Origin: the human T2T-CHM13v2.0 reference genome, Homo sapiens
DNA: 64,000 bases
Assembly: GCA_009914755.4 (NCBI GenBank)
Contig: CP086569.2
Location: 17,408,001-17,472,000, forward strand
Reading direction: 5' to 3'
Shown here: positions 1-14,198 of the stretch, one piece after another
Layout of the letters: each line of letters starts with the position of its first letter
How positions within the stretch are numbered: position 1 is the stretch's first letter
Program-made: the position numbers and the translations under genes
The notes under the pieces: generated by a model
What the model was told of the DNA's origin: nothing
The model's database searches: none
The model's input: the letters and a program-made list of their open reading frames with translations, nothing else

Positions 1-1394
1 AAAGTGAAACCCAAAAATTTTTAGCCTAACAGGATGCTTCACACAGTGCCCAACAAAGTAAAGAAAAATTTTGGCACAGAACAATAACACCTATAAAGGT
101 TGTTTCCTCAAGTGTTTCTTGATGTGAAGTGCATAGTTAAAACATATAAACAAACCCACCTGGAGAAAAACAGAGTTAGTTATAACCAAAATCACTCACT
201 CAACATCACATAACAAAAACCAAGTATTTTTGTAAATTTTATTCCTTTGGAATTGATATACATTTGCTTTGTCACTAAATGCATAATCAATTTTAATAAA
301 TATTTAAATGTAACTGCAGATAAAGTATATTACCTTTTATCGAAGTGTACATTTTGTATACACCCATAAGGGCATCTCATTGATGAATACATTATTTGCT
401 TCCTCTTGTGTTATTTCGTTCACTTGAGTGAGTGTGAATCCTTGCATATCTTATATATTTATGTTATGAAAATTGGTTGCTCTCTTATTTAAAGCATATT
501 CGTAAACATGTCTCTAGTGTTATTTGGAATATTTACTATTACACTTATTTTCTTTTATCACTAGTGCTTTGGCACCTAAATTTTATCTTTTCTTACATAA
601 TGATTAAAGCAAAAATTAGAACAGTTAAACCATGTATTATACAACATAATTAAGTGTTGTTGTTTGGAAACAAAGAAGAATATGGACAAACAATTAAATT
701 TTTAAAAATAGGAATAAGGTTCAAATACAAAAATCAAGAAAGTAGTGAGTAGAAAAAAGATTACTGAAATAAAATCGAGACATCATGAGAGATTGATTTG
801 TGTAACATACAGCAAATATGCTTGAAAATTTGTGTGAAATGTCTAATAAAAATAGCTATTTACCAAATGCAACTCATGTACAAAAAGAATCCTTCAATAA
901 AACAATTTTCATTTATCATAGAAAATCATAGAAATATTTCAAATAAGTTATCCTCCAAAAACGCATCTGTTTCAATGGTTTAATAGATTTACTCCAATGT
1001 TTCAAATAATTAACAATTGTAATATTTCCTATAAAAATTATAATAAAAATGCAATATTTATATGACTCAAATATGACAAACATTCCTAAGCCTGATTTTC
1101 CAAAAAAAAATTGCATAAATCTGAAGTCCAGTAATATGATGCCTCCTGCTTTGTTCCTTTTGCTTAAGATTTTCTCGGGTATATGGTCTCTTTTTTGCTT
1201 CCATATGAATTTTAAAATAGTTTTTTTCTAATTCTATGAATAATGTTAATGGTAGGTTAACCAGAATAGCATTGAATGTATAAATTCCTTTGGACAGTAT
1301 GGTCATTTTAACGATATTGATTCTTCCTTCCTAACATGAGTTTTTTTTTCCCATTTTTTAAGTAATATGAGGGTATAATTTCTTGAATGTCTAT

Positions 1395-1815
1395 GTAACA
1401 TGACATACCATCATTATTGTCATCATCTGATTCATCACTATGATCATGATGTCATCACTATCATAATCACTACCACCATCAACATTGTCTTCATCATCAC
1501 CACCATCACTATGACCATAATCAACACCATTATTATCACATCATCATCATTTTCATCATCACCATCATCATCTTCATAGTCATCATCATCATTATCAACA
1601 TCATCATCAACGCTATCTTCAATATCACCGCCAGGATTGTCATCTACATTATCACCATCATCCCTATCACCATCATCATTATGACCAACAACATGAACAT
1701 CTCCATCACCACCACCATTATCATATCATCACCATCATCACCATTATTAACATCATTGTCATTGTCACAATTACCATCATCATAATCACCTTTATCATCA
1801 TCATCGTCATTACCT
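1395..1815. repeat. Imperfect hexamer minisatellite (CATCAC/CATCAT)n, about 420 bp
   Basis: Continuous catcatcat / caccatcac / atcatcacc periodicity is visible in the sequence. No ORF of 60 aa or more appears in the provided track across it, so it is not a His-rich exon. Confidence 0.8.
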
Positions 1816-2524
1816 TATTGTTATATATTACATATTGCTCACCATATGGGTATCAAACCAGAAAATTCATTTATGAGAAGGGGGAAATGTTACTTAATGT
1901 CACAGATAGGCTACACAATGCCAAATAGCATGTCAAAGATAATTATGAAATGTCCCATTAGTGCTAGTTTCTTCACTTGCGAAGGAGTGTAGCTTTGTTT
2001 ATTGAGATAGGCTAGTAGTCAGTAAAGGACAGAAGCTCATAAAACTAAGAGTGATAATTGACATTAAAATTAGTCCAATTTATCCCATTAATTGTTTCAT
2101 AGATACTGAATTAATAGAGAACTCAAATATTTTACCCTGTTACCCAGCCAAAAAGGAGTAACTGTAATATCTATGGTTAGGTTTTTTTGATGAAGTTTTA
2201 TCACATTGCCTATGAAACCAAATTCAGTGAGTTAAATCATTTAAATCATAGTCAACTACAGTAGACAATATACAAATCTTCAAATAATACATGTACAAAA
2301 AGTTTATTTTTCCAATTCACTTCTCAGATAATTCTTCTGAAATGTGAGTCAATCATCTTCTAGGAAACTTCTCTAACAAATCTCATTGTATACTGAGATT
2401 CTCCCAAGTTTGCTATCCCAAAGTTAGTGATCACTCATCTCTGAGTAATGAGCTGATTAAAGAAAATGACCTTTGTTGTTAATTCTGCTCTCAGTACTCC
2501 TATAGTACTTTCAAACAGCAGTGA

Positions 2525-2897
<373 letters not shown>

Positions 2898-4140
2898 TAT
2901 TGGAGCTTAATGAAAAGTGCTTTTTGATGTTACAGTCTATTAAAATAAGGAAAGTAGACATTTTTCTGGGTCATATTTTATTTACTTACAGCAAGGGAAC
3001 TGGTGGGTCTGTACTAATGGCACAATAAATTATTACATTAATATATTGGACCCCTGAGATCATGAACAAATTCTCAAGAACTATTTTCTTAAAACATCAC
3101 TTTTAATTATCTTTTCAATTAAAATCATGAAGTCATAAGAGATAATCACATGACAAAATTAAACAGTCGCAATAGAGTGCCAGCTTTGAAAAAAGTCATC
3201 ATTTCTTAAAATAAAGCTAATTTAAAAATTATTTAAAGAAGTTCATGCATTTAAGCAATTTGTACTAGGCACTAAATTCCTATTACCAGTTTCACTGAAT
3301 GAGTTTTATCAGTATCCCATACAAAAACAAAAATCTGTCAATTATTTTTATACTTGTATCATTTTTAAACAAAATCATCATGAGTAAATATAGAATTGGG
3401 TGTTTTCTGTTAATATTCCAGTAAGAAGGAAATGTCAAATATAAGAAGTTTTTTTTTTTTTTTAATTTTCAGAATGGTAAGTAGTCCTTGTCTTTACTTT
3501 AAAAGATCGTGTTTGGCAAGAGGAAAAAAAAATCTTAAAGTCTTTTGAAAACTTCATTTTAAAGTTGTACACACAATGCTTGTACCGCCACAGTGCTAAA
3601 TAATGACCTCGGACATGTTCTTTGTCTTTTTAAAACCTCACTTTCCTGGAAAATAAGATGATCTCCATGGTTGCTTTTGGTACAATGAAGCTATACTTCA
3701 TGAAGAAGGAGAAGAAACCTAATGGACCCAGTATGACAGTATTTATTTCAAGATCTAAAGCAACAAAGCATGCTAATAATCTTCATGCATTAACATTTTA
3801 TTATATTCAGACATCAGGTAGCTTCAGGTGCCTGTCAATTACAGAAATTTGGAAGCTAATGAATCAATAGTCAACACAGGGCTGGTAACTCTCTGAGTTT
3901 AATTGTTACATTCAAATATACATGTGAGAAATCATTAACCTGTTCTACCTGATAGATCATGTTTTTCAACACAGGTGGCTATTTTTATTTTCTATGTTCA
4001 TCTTTAGCCAAGTGAGTTTATAGAGTGGGAAGATACTGTCAATTGCACCCAGCAGTTGAATGCCTGCATAATAAGAAGTGTTACAATGACATAGATGTCA
4101 CGACTCTACATTTGCATAATGTGCACAAGTGTCAAATCAT

Positions 4141-4208
4141 CCATGGATTTGTTTGTTTGTTTGTGTTTGGTTTGTGTTGTTGTTGGGGGTGGTTGATGGG
4201 TTGGTTTT
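4141..4208. repeat. (GTTT)n-like simple repeat, the degenerate A-tail of the adjacent Alu
   Basis: The sequence gtttgtttgtttgtgtttggtttgtgttgttg sits directly upstream of the minus-strand Alu body. Confidence 0.6.
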
Positions 4209-4415
4209 GAAATACGGTCTTGCCCTATCACCCAGCCTGGAGTCAGGTGTCACTATTGCCTAATTGCAGCCTCAAAATCCTGGGCTCAAGTGATCTTCCC
4301 ACCTTGGCCTCTTGAGTAGCTAGGACCGGAGGCACACACCACCATGCCTGGTGAATAGTTTTGTATTTTTTGTAGAAATGGGATTTCATCTTGTTGCTCA
4401 GTCTCATCCATGGGG
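4209..4415 (-). mobile_element. 5'-truncated Alu (right arm plus part of the left arm)
   Basis: The sequence gaaatacggtcttgccctatcacccagcctggagtcagg...gcctcttgagtagctaggaccggaggcacacaccaccatgcctgg...tgtattttttgtagaaatgggatttcatcttgttgctcag matches the reverse-complement Alu consensus. Confidence 0.75.
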
Positions 4416-4421
4416 TTTTTA

Positions 4422-5072
<651 letters not shown>

Positions 5073-5074
5073 CC

Positions 5075-5830
5075 ATCAGATAAATGCAAATCAAAACCAC
5101 ACTGAGATACCATCTCACACCAGTTAGAATGGCAGTCATTAAAAAGTCAGGAAACAACAGGTGCTGGAGAGGATGTGGAGAAATAGGAACACTTTTACAC
5201 TGTTGGTGGGACTGTAAACTAGTTCAACCATTGTGGAAGTCAGTGTGGTCATTCCTCAGAGATGTAGAACTATAAATACCATTTGACCCAGCCATCCCAT
5301 TACTGAGTATATACCCTAAGGACTATAAATCATGCTGCTATAAAGACACATGCACACGTATGTCTATTGTGGCACTCTTCACAATAGCAAAGACTTGGAA
5401 CCAACCCAAATGTCCAACAATGATAGACTGGATTAAGAAAATGTGGCACATATTCACCATGGAATACTATGCAGCCATAAAAAATGATGAGTTCATGTCC
5501 TTTGTAGGGACATGGATGAAATTGGAAATCATCATTCTCAGTAAACTATGGCAAGAACAGAAAACCAAACACCGCATATTCTCACTCATAGATGGGAATT
5601 GAACAATGAGAACACATGGACACAGGAAGGGGAACATCACACTCTGGGGACTGTTGTGGGGTGGGGGGAGGGGGGAGGGATAGCTTTAGGAGGTATAACT
5701 AATGCTAAATGAGGTGCTAATGGGCACAGCGCATCAGCATGACACATGTATACATATATAACTAACCTACACATTGTGCACATGTACTCTAAAACTTAAA
5801 GTATAATAATAATAAAATAAAATAATTAAC
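5075..5830 (+). mobile_element. L1 3' end (ORF2 C-terminus, 3'UTR with G-rich tract, A-rich tail), the direct part of the same composite insertion
   Basis: Plus-strand ORFs 5084..5275 ([42 protein letters not shown]...) and 5360..5602 are L1 ORF2p C-terminal sequence. The 3'UTR carries ggggtggggggaggggggaggg. The element ends in ...cacatgtactctaaaacttaaagtataataataataaaataaaataa. Confidence 0.9.
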
Positions 5831-8040
5831 CTTAAATTATAATTTTAAATATGAAAATATCTATCTAAAAAGTACATATAAGTTTCTTATAAGACTTAAA
5901 TATATCAATGTGTCAGACTGTAATGTGTTGTCTATAACTGATTAGTTGGTTGCCTAATATACAGTTACCAATGATTAAATAATTCATTCTGGAAGATAAG
6001 CCTCATGGCTTTTAATAAGGCATCCACACACCCAAAGATTTACCTATTAAAGAAGATAGAATGATTGTACATGACATCACTCTAAATGCATAGCTCAGTC
6101 TCTAAAAATGTATTAAGATATGTTGACAAACAATTAAATATGTCAAATAATAAACATATCAAGTAGATTACTGTTCCTAATATTTAAAATAACTTTATAG
6201 TCATAGTTACTACATGTCAAATTTTAAACATTGTTCTTCTAGTTCTAGCTGTTTTTATATTTGAATTCAAATATTATTTCTACCTCTGCACATTACAACT
6301 ATTCAATAGGGCCATTCGTTTCCTATTTCAGTTTTTACAAGCAGTGTTTAGCTTTTTATATCCCAAACTTCCTCACCATCCATAAATACTGGTTACTAAA
6401 TTCAAACATGTACTACTATTTTCCTGTAAAAATTAATTCACCTTAGTGACCACATGGGGATTGGCGAGTATGCCTGTGTCCCCATGTATTTTAACTTGTC
6501 TGTACTTTCTGAGTTTGTTAACGACTCTGTTCAATTTTCCCATTGTCTTGACTGGATAATTTTTTCTCAAAAAGTTGAAATGCTGTTATTTACATTTATT
6601 TCTAGAATAAGGCAAAGTGGGCAAGCAAAATTGCCTAACCCAATTTCTTTTCTATCAATTTTTACTAATTTTCGTGTGAAGTATGTGCCCATACGTATTC
6701 AAAGAATGATATTTACCAAACTGTCTCCATAGTTGTATCCTGTGTGATAGGCTCTGCCTCTATTTTATTGAAGTGGACACTGACCAATTTGAGTTCATGC
6801 TTTTCATATTTTACAAATAACACACTGTAAATCAAACACGTAGTCTTTTACAGGATTGTGTGGTTAAACAAGCAAACTACAATCCCCAAATTGCGGCTTT
6901 TGATCTCAATTTTTATGGACCTTTCTGAGAAGAATCTTGCTAAGTTGGTAGCTTTTTTTCTCCATTATCTATGGTATATTTCATTTAACACTCATTATAT
7001 ACTGTTTACATTTTAGAGTAACTCACTAGAACAGTGATTCTCAAATGTTAGTGTAGGTAAGAACATTATGGAAAGCTTTTTAAAACATGGATTTCTGCAA
7101 AACCTTCTGATGCAGAAGGTACAGTTTGGTTTCATGCATTTTGCTTCATTTTTATTTTATTTTACTGTAAATTGATAAATTGATAATTTATAATTACATA
7201 AATAAATGAGATACAAAGTGTTGTTCAATGCAGAATAATTAAATTAAACTAGTTAGTATATCCTAACATTTTTGTGGTTAGAACATTTATAGTTTACTTT
7301 TTTGTCAATTTTGAAGTGTAAAATACTCCACATTACCTATATTCACCACACTTTGTAATATTATCGGAACTCAAAAAAAGGGAATAAATTACTTCTGTCT
7401 AATTGAGATTTTGTATCCTTTGACCAAAGCTTTCATTTCCCTTATCCCAGACTCTGAAATTGCTGTTGTCTTCTCTGCTTCTAAGAGTGTGGTGGTTTTA
7501 TATTTCACGTACATTTAATTTCTAACACATCCCTGGTTTTATTCCTCTGCTGAGCTACAAACCACACTTGAATTACAAAAATGAGGGCTGGGTCATATTT
7601 CTTGTTAAAAAGTTAATCTCTAGAGATTAATAAACATGGTAATGCACTAACTGTTAGCTTATGCCACAACATGACTAGACCAGGTTGTTAAGTGTATAGA
7701 CACAGACTAATGCTTACTTTCCTTGGCATTTCTCTATTTACACTCACATTGTTTTTTCCACATTTTTGGCTTACAATAGAATGGAAGCTTTTACAGTCAA
7801 CTTGGGGGGATGCAATTTTGCCATAAGATGAAGAGAGACAAGTAGAAAAAAAAAAGAGTAAACATGCTAAAATACAACCTGTCTGTTCATCACATCCTTT
7901 CTAAATAAGATTTTCAAGTTATTATTTAAAAGGGACAAAGTGGAAGGTGTATGACTTTTTGATATTGCAATTGTGATTCTACAGGGCAAAGGAAGTCATT
8001 TTTGAACATCCTTAGTCATTCTCCCTGAGAAATCATTGTT

Positions 8041-8408
8041 TTTTTATTTTTTTATTTCCATAGGTTTGGGGGAACAGGTGGTGTTTGGTTACATGAAGAA
8101 GTTCTTTAGTGGTGATTTCTGAAATCTTGGTGCAACCATCACCTGAGCAGTATACATGGTAAGCAATGTGTAGTCTCTTATCTGGCACCACTTTCCCACC
8201 ATTTCCCCTCTAGTCCCCAAAGTCCATTGTATCATTCTTATGCCTTTGTGTCCTCACAGCTTAGCTCCCACCTATGAGTGAGAACATACAATGTTTGGTT
8301 TGCCATTCCTGAGTTACTTCACTTAGAATAATTGGATCCAATTCCATCAAGGTCGCTGCAAATGCCTTATTTCATTCCTTTTTATGACTGAGTAGCATTC
8401 CATTATAT
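8041..8408 (-). mobile_element. Older L1 (L1PB-like) 3'UTR fragment
   Basis: Poly-T at 8041, then sequence matching the reverse complement of an old-L1 3' end (...cacctatgagtgagaacatacaatgtttggtt...tttatgactgagtagcattccat). Confidence 0.7.
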
Positions 8409-8500
8409 ATATATAAAATATTTCATATTTTATATTTTATATAATTATATATTATATATTATAATTTAATATACAATATAATATATATATACAAAAACAA
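8408..8500. repeat. TA-rich simple repeat
   Basis: The sequence atatatatataaaatatttcatattttatattttatataattatatattatatatt is visible. It is probably a decayed A-tail of the flanking L1 elements. Confidence 0.7.
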
Positions 8501-8928
8501 TTTATTTTTTAATTTATTATACTTTAAATTCTAGGGTACATGTGCACAATGTGCAGGTTTGTTACATAGGTATACATGTGACATGTTGGTTTGCTGCATG
8601 CATCAAGTCAACATTTACATAAGGTATTTCTCCAAATGCTCTCCTACCCTCAGCCCCCTACCTTCTAACGGGTCCCAGTGTGCTATGTTCCCCACCCTGT
8701 GTCCATGTGTTCTCATTGTTCAACTCCCATCTATGAGTGAGAACATGTGATGTTTGGTTTTCTGTCCTTGTGATAGTTTGCTGAGAATGATTGTTTCCAG
8801 CTTCATGCATGAAGGACATGGCTACATAGTATTCCATGGTGTATATGTGTCATAGTTTCTTAATCCAATCCCACTTGGGTTGGTTCCAAGTCTTTGCTAC
8901 TGTGACTTGTGGCACAGTAAACATGTGT

Positions 8929-9648
8929 TCATGTATCTTTATAATAGAATGATTTATAATCCTTTGGGTACGTACCCAGTAATGGGATCGCTGGATCAAA
9001 TCTAGATCCTTGAGGAATTGCCACAGTCATCCACAATATTTGAACTAATTTACACTCCCACCAATGGTGTAAAAGTGTTCCTATTTCTCCACATCCTCTC
9101 CAGCATTTGTTGTTTCCTGACATTTTAATGATCGCCATTCTAACTGGTGTGAGATTTTATCTCATTGTGGTTTTGATTTGCATTTCTCTGATGACCAGGG
9201 AAGATGAGCATTTTTTCATATGTCTGTTGGCTGCATAAATGTCTTCTTTTGAGAAGTGTCTGTTCATATGCTTTGCCCACTTTTTGAGGGGATTGTTTGT
9301 ATTTTTCTGGTAAATTTGTTTAAGTTCTTTGTAGATTCTGGATTTTAGCCCTTTGTCAGATGGGTAGATTGCAAAAATTTTCTTCCATTCTGTAGGTTGC
9401 CTGTTTACTCTGATGATAGTTTCTTTTGCTGTGCAGAAGCTCTTTAGTTCAATTAGATCCCATTTGTCTATTTTGGCTTTTGTTGCCATTGCCTTTGGTG
9501 TTTTAGTCATGAAGTCTTTGCCTATACCTGTGTGCTGAATGGTATTGCCTTGGTTTTCCTTTAGGGTTTTTATGGTTTTAGGTTTAACATTTAAGTCTTT
9601 AATACATCTTGAATTAATTTTTGTATAATGTGTAAGGAAGGGATCCAC
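8929..9648 (-). pseudogene. L1 ORF2 C-terminal remnant (broken frames)
   Basis: ORFs 9157..9648 (...[37 protein letters not shown]) and 8929..9138 (...[21 protein letters not shown]) are typical L1 ORF2p C-terminus, interrupted by stops. Confidence 0.85.
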
Positions 9649-10073
9649 TTTCAGCTTTCTACATGTGGCTAGCCAGTTTTACCAGCACAATTTATTAAAT
9701 AGGGAATCCTTTCCCCACTTCTCTTTTTTTGTCAGATTTGTCAAAGATCAGATGGTTGTAGATGTGTAGTGTTATTTCTGAGGCCTCTGTTCTGTTCCAT
9801 TGGTCTATATATCTGTTTTGATACCAGTACCATGCTGTTTTGGTTACTGTAGCCTTGTAGTATAGTTTGAAGTCATGTATTGATGCCTCTAGCTTTGTTC
9901 TTTTTGCTTAGGATTGTCTAGGCTATGCAGTCTCTTTTTTGGTTCCATATGAACTTTAAAGTAGTTTTTCCTGATTCTGTAAAGAAAATCATTGGTAGCT
10001 TGATGGGGATGGCATTGAATCTATAAATTACCTTGGGTAGTATGGCCATTTCCATGATATTGATTCTTCCCAT

Positions 10074-10781
10074 TCATGAGCATGGAATGTTCTTCCATTT
10101 GTTTGTGTCTTCTTTTATTTCGTTGAGCAGTGGTTTGTAGCTCTCCTTGAAGAGATCCTTCACATCCCTTGTAAGTTGGATTCCTAGGTATTTTATTCTC
10201 TTTGGAGCAATTATGAATGGGAGTTCACTCATGATTTGGCTCTCTCTTTGTCTGTTATTGGTGTATAGTGATGCTTCTGATTTTTGCACATTGATATTGT
10301 ATCCTGAAACTTTGCTGAAGTTGCTTATCAGCTTAAGGATATTTGAGGCTGAGATGACTGGGTTTTCTAAATATACAATCTTGTCATCTGCAAACAGGAA
10401 AAATTTGACTTTCTCTTTTCCAAACTGAATACCCTTTATTTGTTTCTCTTGCCTGATTGCCCTGGCCAGAACTTCCAACACTATGTTGAATAGGGGTAGT
10501 GAGAGAGGGCATCCTTCTCATCTGCCAGTTTTCAAAGGGAATGCTTCCAGTTTTTGCCCATTCAGTATGATATTGGCCATGGGTTTGTCATAGATAGCTC
10601 TTATTATTTTGAGATGCATTCCATCAATACCTTGTTTATTGTGTTTGTAGCATGAAGGCTGTTGAATTTTGTCAAAGGTCTTTTCTACATCTATTGAGAT
10701 AATCATGTGGTTTTTGCTGTTGGTTCTGCTTATGTGATGAATTACATTTATTGATTTACATATGTTGAACCAGCCTTGCAT
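10074..10781 (-). pseudogene. L1 ORF2 reverse-transcriptase domain remnant
   Basis: ORF 10518..10781 contains [16 protein letters not shown]...[18 protein letters not shown] 10074..10481 contains [14 protein letters not shown], the FADD RT motif. Confidence 0.85.
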
Positions 10782-12043
10782 CCCAGGGATGAGGCCAACT
10801 TGATTGTGACAGATAAGCTTTTTGATGTGCTGCTGGATTCAGTTTGTCAATATTTTATTGAGGATTTTCACGTTGATGTTCATCAGGGATATTGGTCTAA
10901 AATTCTTTTTTTTGTTATGTCTCTGCCAGGCTGTGGTATCAGGATGACGCTGGCCTCATAAAATGAGTTAAGGAGGCTTACCTCTTTCTCCGCTGATTGT
11001 AATAGTATCAAAAGGAATGGTACCAGCTTCTTTTTGTACCTCTAGTAGAATTTGGCTGTGAATCCATCTGGTCCTGAACTTTTTTGGTTGGTAGGCTATT
11101 AATTATTGACTCAATTTCAGAGCCTGTTATTCCTCTATTCAGAGACTCAACTTCTTCCTGGTTTAGACATGGGAGGGTATATGTGTCCAGGGATTTTTCC
11201 ATTTCTTCTAGATTTTCTAGTTAATTTGTGTAGAGGTGTTTACAGTATTCTTTGATAGTAATTTGTATTTCTGTGGGATTGGAGTTGATATCCCCTTTAT
11301 CAGTTTTAATACCATCTACATGATTTTTCTCCCTTTTCTTCTTTATTAGTCTTGCTAATAGTCTATATATTTTGTTGATCTTTTCAAAAAACCAGCTCTT
11401 GGATTCATTGATTTTTTGAAGGTTTTTTGTGTCTCTTTCTCCTTCAGTTCTGCTCCGATCTTAGTTATTTCTTCCCTTCTGTTAGCTTTTGAATTTGTTT
11501 ATCTTGCTTCTCTAATTCTTTTAATTGTGATATTAGGGTGTCAAATGTAGATCTTTCCTGCTTTCTCTGGTGGGCATTTAGCGCTATAAATTTCCCTCTA
11601 CACACTGACTTAAATGTATCACAGAGATTCTGATACATTGTGTCTTTGTTCTCATTGGTTTCGAAGAATATATTTATTTGGGCTTTTATTTTGTTATTTA
11701 CCCAGTAGTCATTCAGGAGCAGGTTGCTCAGTTTCCATGTAGTTGTGAGTTTTGAGTGAATTTGTTAATCCTGAATTCTAATTTGATTGCACTGTGGTCT
11801 GAGAGACTGTTTGTTGTGATCTCTGTTCTATTATATTTGCTGAGGAGTGTTTTACATCCAATTTTGTGGTCAACTTTAGAAAAAGTGTGATGTGGTGCTG
11901 AGAAGAATGTATATTCTGTTTATTTGGGGTGAAGAGTTTTGTAGATGTCTATTAGGTCTGCTTGGTGCAGTGCTGAATTCAAGTCCTGAATATCCTTGTT
12001 AACCCTCTGTATCACTGATCTCTCTAATATTGTCAGTGGGGTG

Positions 12044-12464
12044 TTAAAGTCTTCCATTATTATTGTATGAGAGTCTATGTCTCTTTATAGGTCTCTCAGA
12101 ACTTGCTTTATGATTCTGGGTGCTCCTGTATTGGCAGCATATGTATTTAGGATAATTACCTCTTCTTGTTGAATTGATCCCTTTTACCATTGTGTAATGG
12201 CCTTCTTTGTCTCTTTTGATCTTTGTTGGTTTAAAGTCTGATTCATCAGAGACTAGAATTGCAATCCCTGCTTTTTGTTTTGTTTTGTTTTCCATTTGCT
12301 TGGTAGATCTTCTTCCAACCCTTTATTTTGAGCCTATGCGTGTCTCTGGACATGAGATGGGGCTCCATACCCTTTAAACCAATTCTAAGGTTCTTCTCAA
12401 CTTCAAATAGTCCTCCTTTCTTCAACTTCTTTCTTCTTGGAGATTTCAAAGTTTGGCTCTCCAT
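12044..12464 (-). pseudogene. L1 ORF2 endonuclease domain remnant (frameshifted)
   Basis: ORF 12246..12464 contains DTHRLKIKGWKKIYQANGKQ. ORF 12044..12295 contains KAGIAILVSDESDFKPTKIKRDKEGHY. Both are L1 EN-domain sequence. Confidence 0.85.
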
Positions 12465-13197
12465 TTGCTTAGTAAATATTCTTCCATCCCTTTATTTGGA
12501 GCCTATGTGTGTCTTTTTATGTGAGATGGGGCTCCTGAATACAGCACACTGATGGGTCTTGACTATCCAATTTGCCAGTCTGTGTCTTTTAATTGGGAAA
12601 TTTAGCCCATTTACATTTAAGGTTAATATTGTTATGCATGAATTTGATCCTGTCATTATGATGTTAGCTGGTTATTTTTCCTGTTAATTGATGCAGTTTC
12701 TTCATAGCATCAATGGTCTTTACAATTTGGCATGTTTTTGCAGTGGCTGGTACTGGTTGTTCCTTTCCATGTTTAGTGCTTCCTTCAGGAGCTCTTGTAA
12801 GGAAGGTCTGGTGGTGACAAAAGTCTCTCAGTATTCACTTCTCTGTAAAGGATTTTATTTCTCCTTCACTTTATGAAGGTTAGTTTGGCTGGATATGAAA
12901 TTCTGGGTTGAAAAATTCTTTTCTTTAAGAATGTTAAATATTGGCACCCAATTTCTTCTGGCTTGTAGGGTTTCTGGAAAGATCTGCTGTTAGTCTGATG
13001 AGCTTTCCTTTGTGGGTAACATGACCTTTCTCTCTGGCTGCCCTTAACATATTTTTTCTTCATTTCAACCTTGGTGAAACTGACAATTATGTGTCTTGGG
13101 CTTGCTCTTCTTGAAGAGTGTCTTTGTGGTGGTCTTTGTATTTCTTGAATTTTAATGTTGGTCTGCGTTGCTAGGTTTGTGAATTTCTCCTGGATAA

Positions 13198-13557
<360 letters not shown>

Positions 13558-13754
13558 TCTTCCTGTCACTTTCAAGTACACCAATCAAACATAGATTTTG
13601 TCTCTCCACATAGTCTCATATCTCTTGGAGGTTTTGTTCATTTCTTTTCACTCTTTTTTCTTAATCTTGTCTTCTCACTTTGTTTAATTAATTTGTTCTT
13701 CAGTCACGGAATTTGTTCTTCAATCACTGACATCTTTTCTCCCACTTAATTGAA

Positions 13755-14198
13755 TCAGCTATTGAAGCTTGTGCATGCATCACAAAGTTCTTGTGTCATG
13801 GTTTTCAGCTCTATCAGGTCACTTAAAGTCTTCTCTACACTGTTTATTCTAGTTAGCCACTCATCTAACCTGTTTTCTAGGTTTTTACCTTCCTTGCAAT
13901 AGGTTAGAACATGCTCCTTTAGCTTGGAGAAGTTCGTTATTACTACTGACCTTCTGCAGCCTACTTCTGTCAACTCGTCAAATTCATTCTCTACCCAGTT
14001 TTGTTTCATTGCTGGCGAGGAGCTGTGATCCTTTGAAGGAGAAGAGGTGCTCTGGTTTTTGGAATTTTCAGCTCTTCTGCTCTGTTTTCTCCCCTTCTTT
14101 GTGGTTTTGTCTACATTTGGTCTGTGATATTGGTGACCTACACATGGGATTTTGGTGTGGATGTCCTTTTTGTTGATGTTGATGCTATTTCTTTCCAT
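13755..14198 (-). pseudogene. L1 ORF1 remnant
   Basis: The 147-aa ORF ...ENSKNQSTSSPSKDHSSSPAMKQNWVENEFDELTEVGCRRS...LKEHVLTYCKEGKNLENRLDEWLTRINSVEKTLSDLIELKT matches the L1 ORF1p N-terminus and coiled-coil. Confidence 0.8.

Noticed and set aside
1395-1815. His-rich protein-coding exon
   Set aside because: No 60-aa ORF in the provided track spans the tract. The periodicity is a DNA-level hexamer repeat with frequent frame-breaking variants.
6995-7125. Possible hAT MITE terminus (…aacagtgattctcaaatgttagtg…)
   Set aside because: It only has a cagtggttctcaa-like word typical of many MITE ends. There is no recognisable second terminus or TSD.
9157-9648. 163-aa ORF that could be mistaken for a host CDS
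   Set aside because: Its sequence is L1 ORF2p C-terminus (…[35 protein letters not shown]) inside a decayed L1, with neighbouring frames broken. It is a transposon remnant, not a gene.
13755-14198. 147-aa ORF
   Set aside because: It is an L1 ORF1p remnant within the same dead L1. It is truncated and out of frame with the rest of ORF1.
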